Assembly: GCA_965247685.1 (NCBI GenBank)
Contig: OZ252021.1
Span: forward strand, 720,001-752,000
Direction: 5' to 3'
DNA from: Bdellovibrionales bacterium
Lineage (GTDB): Bacteria; Bdellovibrionota; Bdellovibrionia; Bdellovibrionales; UBA1609
DNA length: 32,000 nucleotides
Within the stretch, counting starts at the first letter, position 1, and every line of letters starts with the position of its first letter. The position numbers and the translations under genes are program-made. Of the stretch, positions 25,773-32,000 are shown piece by piece. A model generated the notes under the pieces. That model had not been told where the DNA came from. It was given only the letters and a program-made list of their open reading frames with translations, and did no database searches.

Positions 25773-26606
25773 ATGCACGTTCAGATCTTTGAATTTTTAA
25801 CATCCCATAAAAAAGTATTGTGGGCTTCTTTTTTTCTTGTAACCTTTTTATGGGTTTATTCTGCTCAAGCTATCATACAGTGTACAAGTTATATTTGCTT
25901 TGATCGGCCAAAAACATGGACTTGTAAAGCAGAAGGAATTCATCTTATTTGTCACAATAAGATCAAAAAATTAGCTAAAGAAGCTGTTATTATTGCAGTT
26001 GCTAAAGAAACAGGTCGTCAGGATTCAGTCTCTCAATATTTAAGTTTTTTAAAAAATAAAAAAGAGTTTAAAACAAAAAAAGGAAAACCTATAACTTCTA
26101 GGGTCTTTCACTCCAAACAAAGAAACATTAATCACCACTTATGGGCAGATGGGTTTCACCTAGCTAGTGAAATTCCAAACTATTACACACGTTATTTGGG
26201 TTCTACTAAGAAAGGTTTAGCTGTACTTGTCACTTATACGGCTCACAAAAAAAAATGGTCTAAACATGCAAAAGATTTTAATAAATCTGTTCAAACTTTA
26301 AGATTTTTAAATGTAGAACAATCTTTGAGAAAACTACGTTTAGCAAGGAGAAATCAACTAGGAGGAAAAGGTATTCGAGATTATCTTGAGGATATCATTG
26401 GAGATGGAGTTGTAGAGGATGAAAATCAAGATGGTTTGTTTGGTAACATTGATGATCGAGTTATTGGTGGTGTGGCGGGAGCGACAGTCTTAGCTATTCT
26501 ATTTTGGAGACTTTTAGCTAGGAGGAGAAGAAGAAAACTGCTTGATCAGGAGCCAGGCTCGAATGCAGGAAGCTCCATGCGTAAAAAACGCAAAAAAAGA
26601 AAATAA
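25773..26606 (+). CDS. hypothetical secreted/type-I membrane protein with Cys-rich N-terminal region, C-terminal TM helix and poly-basic tail
   Basis: 277 aa. It has a signal peptide ending in SAQA, four Cys in the next ~25 residues (C-x4-C-x9-C-x8-C), the C-terminal helix VIGGVAGATVLAILFWRLLA followed by RRRRRK, and it ends KKRKKRK. No family recognised and no clear Shine-Dalgarno sequence. Confidence 0.5.
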   Translation: MHVQIFEFLTSHKKVLWASFFLVTFLWVYSAQAIIQCTSYICFDRPKTWTCKAEGIHLICHNKIKKLAKEAVIIAVAKETGRQDSVSQYLSFLKNKKEFKTKKGKPITSRVFHSKQRNINHHLWADGFHLASEIPNYYTRYLGSTKKGLAVLVTYTAHKKKWSKHAKDFNKSVQTLRFLNVEQSLRKLRLARRNQLGGKGIRDYLEDIIGDGVVEDENQDGLFGNIDDRVIGGVAGATVLAILFWRLLARRRRRKLLDQEPGSNAGSSMRKKRKKRK

Positions 26607-26622
26607 AAAAAATATTATTTAT

Positions 26623-27153
26623 TTAAGGTTGAGGTGAGGGAGGTTCTTCATCACTAGGTGTGTTAGATTTCCTTTTATTAGTAGCAGGGTGTTCCACGAA
26701 ATTCAAATGAGCGAAAGGGGACTCTCCAAACTGAAACCTTGCTGCCAAGTATGGAGTTTCTTTCTTATCTTCTTCGATGATAGTTAGTTTTTTCTTTTTT
26801 ACTGGAGGATCGGAAATATGCTCATCCTTCAGTAAAGAAATTTTACTTTTACGTTGGATTGAAGAATTTTTTCTCGTATATTCAAAGTTATGGGTGAGTT
26901 TTTCCATTTTAAAAATACAAAAACGAGCTTCTTTAACAATTTTTTCTAAATCTTGATTTTTTTGATCTAAAAGATTAATTCCTTGCCGCAATTGTTGATC
27001 CGTTTTTTGAGAGAAATCTTCCAGCAGATTCATTTTCTTTTGTAGGACTTTTAATCCCAGATACAGGCTTGTGTCTTTTTTGAGGAACTGATTCCAAATA
27101 AGGAAGACCACAAAGCAAAAAGAACAGATGAGCAAAGTTGTAATGAATAACAT
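26623..27153 (-). CDS. hypothetical membrane-anchored coiled-coil protein
   Basis: 176 aa with the N-terminal TM helix MLFITTLLICSFCFVVFLIW, a heptad-like charged region and a Pro/Ser/Glu-rich C-terminus. No family recognised. Confidence 0.5.
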   Translation of the reverse strand: MLFITTLLICSFCFVVFLIWNQFLKKDTSLYLGLKVLQKKMNLLEDFSQKTDQQLRQGINLLDQKNQDLEKIVKEARFCIFKMEKLTHNFEYTRKNSSIQRKSKISLLKDEHISDPPVKKKKLTIIEEDKKETPYLAARFQFGESPFAHLNFVEHPATNKRKSNTPSDEEPPSPQP

Positions 27154-27214
27154 ATATTTTCCCTCTACCTTTATTTTATGCTGAAAATGGAAGAGATCGC
27201 AATAAGCCTAAAGT

Positions 27215-28426
27215 CTATTGTGTCGTTTGAATTTCGGAGGTAAATTGGTGTATTCGTTCAGAAAATTTTTGAATGTCCTCATTTGAAAGAGCGAAATACA
27301 GTCTAAGATACCCTTTTCTTCCAAATCCTTCTCCTGGGGCTGTGCAAATGTAGAAATGTTCAGACAACAATTGACTGACTTCCACGGAAGACTGAATGAC
27401 CTGGTTTTTAAATTTTTTTCCATATAAATTTTTAACATTCAGCCATAGGTAAATAGCCCCTGCCGGCCTTTGAAATTCAAAATAAGAAATATCCTTAAGA
27501 ATTTCACATATTTTTTCTCTCTTTTCTTTCAATACGCCATGGATCCTTTGAATATCTCTTTCACATTTTTGAAAAGTTGGAACCATTATCATTTGAGCAA
27601 TCGTAGGAGCAGAGCTCACTGTGTGACTTTGATATTTAACCATGTTTTTAATCCATTCTTTTTGCGCCACAGCCCAGCCGAGTCTCCACCCTGGCATTGC
27701 ATAGTTTTTAGAAGCTGCATTCACCAAAATAACTCGATCCTTCAGATAGGGGCAGGCCTCCAAAATATGAGGAGCATAAGATCCGGCAGGAGCATCGATC
27801 ACCATACGATTATAAATGTCATCGGATAGAACTAAAACTTGCGGATAATCTTTTAAACAATCTCCAATTTTTGTTAATTCTTCTAAAGAATAAACGGCTC
27901 CTGTAGGATTGTTTGGAGAATTTAAAATCAACATTTTTGTTTTTTTATTCAAATGTTTTTTTAAAAGAGGTGTTGTGAGCTTTTGTGTTTTTGAGTCCGT
28001 TTCAATGACTACAGCTTTGCCGCCAGAAAGATGGACCATACTAGGATAGCTCACCCAGTAGGGAGCAGGAATGAGAATTTCATCTTCCATGCTGTCTATA
28101 ATAGTTTGCATAGCTAGAAAACACGCATACTTCGCACCAACAGAGACTATTATATTTTGAGCACTGTAATCGAGTTTTAAGTGTTTATTTGTTTCTTCAG
28201 CTATGATCTTTTTGAGTTGTTTTTGTCCTGCTGCAGGCGAGTAAGAAGAACAGCCTTGTTGAATAGCATCTACAGCTGCTTGTTGAGAAACTCCAAAACA
28301 TTCCCAAGTAGGTTCTCCTACAGTTAAATTCAAAACATCTTTACCTTCAGCTTTCATCTCCTTAGCTCGGGTCGATAATGATTGAACAATAGATGGTTTG
28401 ATCATTTGCATTTTTTTAGAAAACAT
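27215..28426 (-). CDS. pyridoxal-phosphate-dependent aminotransferase, class I (aspartate/aromatic aminotransferase-like)
   Basis: 403 aa with LNLTVGEP, NSPNNPTGAVY, the PLP-lysine region NAASKNYAMPGWRLGW and the C-terminus LRLYFA. AAGGAG ribosome-binding site 7 nt before the ATG at 28426. Confidence 0.85.
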   Translation of the reverse strand: MFSKKMQMIKPSIVQSLSTRAKEMKAEGKDVLNLTVGEPTWECFGVSQQAAVDAIQQGCSSYSPAAGQKQLKKIIAEETNKHLKLDYSAQNIIVSVGAKYACFLAMQTIIDSMEDEILIPAPYWVSYPSMVHLSGGKAVVIETDSKTQKLTTPLLKKHLNKKTKMLILNSPNNPTGAVYSLEELTKIGDCLKDYPQVLVLSDDIYNRMVIDAPAGSYAPHILEACPYLKDRVILVNAASKNYAMPGWRLGWAVAQKEWIKNMVKYQSHTVSSAPTIAQMIMVPTFQKCERDIQRIHGVLKEKREKICEILKDISYFEFQRPAGAIYLWLNVKNLYGKKFKNQVIQSSVEVSQLLSEHFYICTAPGEGFGRKGYLRLYFALSNEDIQKFSERIHQFTSEIQTTQ

Positions 28427-28440
28427 TAAGGAACTCCTTT

Positions 28441-28920
28441 TTAATTTTTGATTTTATTTAAAATAGCTTTTTGCACTGGAGGAGGAACAAGATGAGAGAC
28501 AGAACCTTTATTAAGAGCAATTTCTCTCACCATTTTGGAAGATACATGGGCATATTTGGAGCTTGTAAATGCTATTAATGTTTCACATTCTGGAAATAAT
28601 TCTTTATTGTTATTTGACATCTCTATTTCATAATCAAAATCAGAAAGGCTTCTGACAGAGCGAATAAAAATGTGTATACCGTTTTTTTGAGCATACTGAG
28701 TCACTAATCCCTCACAATGATCCACCTTTACAGAAGATAAATGCTGGGTGCATTCTCGAACTAACGTCACTCTTTCTTCCACGGAAAAGTAGCATCCTTT
28801 CCAAGGAGACTGAGCGACGACAATTCGTAAAGGGTTAAATATACGACTCATACGCTCTATCACATCTAGATGTCCATAAGTAATAGGATCAAAACTTCCA
28901 GCATATAACGTTGATTTCAT
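28441..28920 (-). CDS. coaD: phosphopantetheine adenylyltransferase
   Basis: 159 aa when started at the ATG at 28920 (MKSTLYAGSFDPITYGHLDVIER), the same length as E. coli CoaD. The TTG-initiated 22-aa extension in the track (to 28986) has no counterpart in the family. Confidence 0.85.
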   Translation of the reverse strand: MKSTLYAGSFDPITYGHLDVIERMSRIFNPLRIVVAQSPWKGCYFSVEERVTLVRECTQHLSSVKVDHCEGLVTQYAQKNGIHIFIRSVRSLSDFDYEIEMSNNNKELFPECETLIAFTSSKYAHVSSKMVREIALNKGSVSHLVPPPVQKAILNKIKN

Positions 28921-29033
28921 TGTCTCTTTATGACTGATAATAAATTTCAAATCAAGATTTTTTTTATTCCATATTTTTCTTCGCAAGAGTCTAAAATCCC
29001 GTTTGAAATGCTCTTTGTTTTATATTTTTTTGA

Positions 29034-29408
29034 TTAAAGAGAGTCTAATGACTTGTATTTGCACTGGAGAAGGTAAGATTTTATAGCATGATCAAAGGTC
29101 TGAAAAATGTTTTCAAAGGGTTTAACCAAAAATAAATTTGCTCCTGCTTGTTGAGCTTTTCCTCCATACTGCCCGTAAGCGGACATCATGACCACATAAG
29201 TAGAAAGAGGAGATTGTTGAATCACAGAAAAACCATTTTGATCAGGTAGTATTAAATCTAAAAACACTAAATGAGGTTGAAAAGACTTCCATTCCAATAA
29301 GCCTTCCTTCCCCGTACAAGCCATTCGAGTATCATGACCTCTTGAGACAGAAACATGGCTTAACGCTTGTCGAATTAAAGCCTCATCATCAATAATTAAT
29401 ACTTTCAT
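29034..29408 (-). CDS. stand-alone response-regulator receiver domain (CheY-like)
   Basis: 124 aa with the acidic pocket IIDDE, the phospho-acceptor context VFLDLILPD, and conserved Ser (MMSAYG) and Lys (LVKPF). There is no output domain. It overlaps the kinase gene by 20 nt. Confidence 0.85.
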   Translation of the reverse strand: MKVLIIDDEALIRQALSHVSVSRGHDTRMACTGKEGLLEWKSFQPHLVFLDLILPDQNGFSVIQQSPLSTYVVMMSAYGQYGGKAQQAGANLFLVKPFENIFQTFDHAIKSYLLQCKYKSLDSL

Positions 29409-30804
29409 TTTTCTTTCCTTGTTTGATCCAATGCTTTTTTAAATAAAAACTAAAACAGGATCCATGACCTTTTTTGCTTTGAACACTCAATGCACCGCCA
29501 AACTGCTGAATCAATTGTGAACTGATGCGCAGCCCTAACCCTGTTCCATTAGACTTCGTAGTGAAGAAAGGATCAAAAATCTTTTCTAGATGATCTTTTT
29601 CGATACCGCATCCGTTATCTTTAACCTGAAGCCATGCTTTGTCATTTTTAAATTGGCTTTGAATATGTACTTTTCCTTTTGAGTCTACAGCTTGAAGAGC
29701 GTTGCGAATAAGATTGAAAATCACCTGTTGCAAAAGGCAAGGGTTGGCTTGAACTAAAAAAGGGGTTTTTCCTAAATCTAATATCAATGACTTTGATTGA
29801 ATCATTGTCTTTAAAAAAGGAAGAGTTTGTTGAATAATTTTATTCAAATCGCAATGAAGATCATTTTCTGTTTGCTTTGAGAATTGAATAAAATTTGTGA
29901 TAATTTTTTGACAACGTTGAGCTGCCTTTTCAATTTCTTGAAAATTTTCTTTTTCTTGATCTTCTTGCACTAAAATTTGTGCCATAGAATGGATACCTGT
30001 TAAAGGATTATTAAGCTGGTGGGCAAAGTCATCTGCTAGTTTCCCAAGAACAGACATTTTTTGATTTTGTAAAACTTTTTCTTTTAAATGTAAGTAGGAT
30101 GTTATATTTGCGAAGTGATCGATGACATAATTTTGATCCTTATTACTGACAATATAGCTTTGTTTTTCATAAATTTCTCCGTTTTCTTCAAAGCAATCTT
30201 TCTCAAATACTTGTGAGTTGATGTCATACATTCTTTTAAAATGTGTGTTCGATCGGACAGGTTTTTTTTCATTATCCCAAATCACTAAAGGCTCCTCTAA
30301 GCTGTCAAAGGTATTCTTCCAAAGTTCACAGCCAGACTTCCAGTGTTCCTCTGACAAAACTTTACAAAAAGCTGTTTGAAGGATTTCTAATTTTTCAGTA
30401 GGGAAAATGTTTTCAATAGTTTCCGTTTTAGAAAAGTATTCAATAAACAAGACTGAATTTTCAGTGTATTCTGAAGAATGCAAAGGGAGGGCTAAAACTT
30501 TATAGAAGGGGCGACCTAATTCCTGAGCGAGATAAATTCGATCTGAATTAGAATTACTGCGAGTAGATTCTATAGGAGGCCACAATTCTTTAGGTAGCCT
30601 TTCATAGAGTCTTTTTCTTTTTAAACAGTATTGACGAGGGCCAAAATAAGCGGAGTGACAACAAAGTACAAGTTCACCAATTTTATTTTTAATCGAACGA
30701 GTTTCTGCACCCACTAATTGAATGAAGTCTTCGATATTACGAGCTAAAAATACTTTATGCATGAGATCAAAAAGACGTTTTTCTTTTTTTATTTCTAATT
30801 CCAA
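29389..30804 (-). CDS. soluble sensor histidine kinase (N-terminal sensory region, HisKA, HATPase_c)
   Basis: 471 aa with the H-box FAHQLNNPLTG, N-box LIRNALQA, G1 DNGCGI and G2 GTGLGL. There is no obvious TM segment, so it is probably cytoplasmic. The track start is TTG, and the ATG at codon 15 is an alternative. Confidence 0.85.
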   Translation of the reverse strand: MELEIKKEKRLFDLMHKVFLARNIEDFIQLVGAETRSIKNKIGELVLCCHSAYFGPRQYCLKRKRLYERLPKELWPPIESTRSNSNSDRIYLAQELGRPFYKVLALPLHSSEYTENSVLFIEYFSKTETIENIFPTEKLEILQTAFCKVLSEEHWKSGCELWKNTFDSLEEPLVIWDNEKKPVRSNTHFKRMYDINSQVFEKDCFEENGEIYEKQSYIVSNKDQNYVIDHFANITSYLHLKEKVLQNQKMSVLGKLADDFAHQLNNPLTGIHSMAQILVQEDQEKENFQEIEKAAQRCQKIITNFIQFSKQTENDLHCDLNKIIQQTLPFLKTMIQSKSLILDLGKTPFLVQANPCLLQQVIFNLIRNALQAVDSKGKVHIQSQFKNDKAWLQVKDNGCGIEKDHLEKIFDPFFTTKSNGTGLGLRISSQLIQQFGGALSVQSKKGHGSCFSFYLKKHWIKQGKKNESINY

Positions 30805-30850
30805 GCCTGATTACCCTAAACAAATAAATACAATCTTTTATGATTATAAT

Positions 30851-31498
30851 TCAGTTTAAGAGGTAGGAGTTATAAGAAAATAAAGGCTTGTGACCGGTAA
30901 TAGTTTGAAAAGAGCGAGTCCAGCGCACTCGAGTTCTCAAAGCTGTTTTATTTTCTGGATTAAGGTCTAGCGCTTGAAGTAAATTAGAGTGCGCAAGTTC
31001 TATTTCACCTATTTCAGCTCTCACTTCAGCCAACCCTGCCCAAGCTTCATCATTTTTTATATTTTTCTCTAACAAGAATTGAAACTTTTCTTCAGCTTCT
31101 TTATAGAGTTTCTTTTCTTTAAGAACTAAAGCCAACCCCAGTTCGATTTCTGAGTCAAAGATATTTTTTTTCAAGGACAAAGCTTTGTTGAAATTTTCCA
31201 ATGCAGAATCTTGGTCTCCTAAGTAATGATAGCAAATACCAAGCCCTTTAAAAACATCTACACCCCATTCCACTTGATATGAAGCTTTTGGAAGCAGTTT
31301 TTCAAAACATTCTAAAGCATCCTGATATTTTTGTTGTCCTATTAAAGATTGGGCGAGATAAACCCAGAAGATGTCTCCACATTCAATCAATTGGGAGAAG
31401 GTATTTTCTGCCTTTTTCCACTCTTTTTGCTCTAAGAGGCACTGACCCTCTTTTTCAAGAGAAAAAATATCCAGCCGAGTTCTCCATGAGTGTTGCAT
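30851..31498 (-). CDS. tetratricopeptide (TPR) repeat protein
   Basis: 215 aa made of repeated ~34-aa helical units with W/Y-x-x-L-G/A-x-x-Y and A-x-x-x-F/Y-x-x-A-L patterns, for example AEEKFQFLLEKNIKNDEAWAGLAEV and ELAHSNLLQALDLNPEN. Confidence 0.75.
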   Translation of the reverse strand: MQHSWRTRLDIFSLEKEGQCLLEQKEWKKAENTFSQLIECGDIFWVYLAQSLIGQQKYQDALECFEKLLPKASYQVEWGVDVFKGLGICYHYLGDQDSALENFNKALSLKKNIFDSEIELGLALVLKEKKLYKEAEEKFQFLLEKNIKNDEAWAGLAEVRAEIGEIELAHSNLLQALDLNPENKTALRTRVRWTRSFQTITGHKPLFSYNSYLLN

Positions 31499-31611
31499 AA
31501 ATCCTCTGGAATTTAGTTCGGCTAAAACTCAACTCATCATAAGTATTTTATAGTCTAGTTTTTACACTGCTTAGCTTTGGTCTTTACTCGAATTTAGGAA
31601 TTATTCATAAA

Positions 31612-31986
31612 TTATGCAATTTTATTTTCTTCAACACCTGAAGACATCTGGTCTCCAAGCTGCTCGTGGATTTGCATATCTTGATTGAGAATATACACCA
31701 AGAACTGCCTTTTGTTTCTGAGTAGATAGATTATTTTCCTCTTTGATTCCTCAGAAACATCTTTAAAGTCTTCCACTTTATAATGGCTCAGCTCTTGATC
31801 GATTCGGCTAATAGCATTGAGTAAAATTTCTCTGTCATAATAAAAATCTTCAAGATTTTGAAAGTTGCTATTCTTAAGTCTTCCCAGCTCTTCTTTATTC
31901 AGCTTTTGAAACTCTATCAAGTAGGAGTTTTTTTTGCTGAGCAGTTCAATCATATATGTTACGGATGCGTTTTTCATATTTATCAT
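31612..31986 (-). CDS. hypothetical helical/coiled-coil protein
   Basis: 124 aa, all-helical in appearance, with no TM segment and no catalytic motif. It vaguely resembles small export-chaperone-like proteins (FlgN-like), but I cannot support that from sequence alone. Confidence 0.45.
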   Translation of the reverse strand: MINMKNASVTYMIELLSKKNSYLIEFQKLNKEELGRLKNSNFQNLEDFYYDREILLNAISRIDQELSHYKVEDFKDVSEESKRKIIYLLRNKRQFLVYILNQDMQIHEQLGDQMSSGVEENKIA

Positions 31987-32000
31987 TATGACACAGTTTT

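Noticed and set aside
28921-28986. N-terminal 22-aa extension of coaD (TTG at 28986).
   Set aside because: CoaD proteins start immediately before the (Y/F)PG(S/T)FDPxTxGH motif. The ATG at 28920 gives exactly that and a 159-aa product.
31499-31611. A sigma-28 (FliA)-like GCCGAAC element upstream of the TPR gene, considered because the neighbouring small helical ORF looked vaguely FlgN-like.
   Set aside because: There is no TAAA -35 element at the required spacing of about 15 nt. The FlgN resemblance is only compositional, and no other flagellar gene is in the window.
1-32000. Search for CRISPR arrays, IS elements or transposases, integrases, prophage genes, long tandem or dispersed repeats, and riboswitch-like leaders.
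   Set aside because: By eye none was found. Intergenic regions are short (mostly under 120 bp), the only long one is filled by rnpB, and the only repeat noticed is the 20-bp pair upstream of glnII. This was a visual scan only, so a computational repeat search could still find short dispersed repeats.

Overview
AT-rich bacterial chromosome segment (roughly one-third GC by eye), very gene-dense, and almost entirely core housekeeping and metabolic genes. I found no CRISPR array, transposase or integrase, phage genes, or recognisable defence or toxin module, and no convincing novel multi-gene system. The window reads as an ordinary core region. Order along the window: tRNA-Arg(UCU); nhaA; serA; a eukaryote-type (type II) glutamine synthetase; an acidic membrane-anchored orphan plus a PhoD-like phosphatase lipoprotein; a compact RNase P RNA (rnpB); RNase HI; a membrane orphan; a leucine-catabolism block (methylcrotonyl-CoA carboxylase beta, enoyl-CoA hydratase, biotin carboxylase, separate biotin-carrier ORF); coaE-addB-addA; a Ser/Thr kinase with a C-terminal PEGA-like domain plus a small lipoprotein; nadK; fadE; pdxH; rny-cutA; two orphan membrane proteins; an aminotransferase; coaD; a stand-alone receiver; a soluble histidine kinase; a TPR protein; and a coiled-coil orphan. 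The gene content (RNase Y, AddAB, GSII, PEGA-type kinase, FadE, low GC) would fit a Bdellovibrionota/Oligoflexia-like lineage, but that is a guess and needs a database search. The items most worth a second look are modest. (1) A ~288-nt RNase P RNA that seems to lack the P13/P14 arms, packed between rnhA and the phoD-like gene. (2) A methylcrotonyl-CoA carboxylase alpha subunit split into biotin carboxylase and carrier ORFs joined by a GTGA overlap. (3) A GSII gene preceded by a duplicated 20-bp palindrome-containing element whose half-sites recur upstream of nadK. (4) A possible leaderless rny transcript whose promoter looks like the rnpB promoter. (5) Several orphan membrane-anchored proteins with strongly basic segments.
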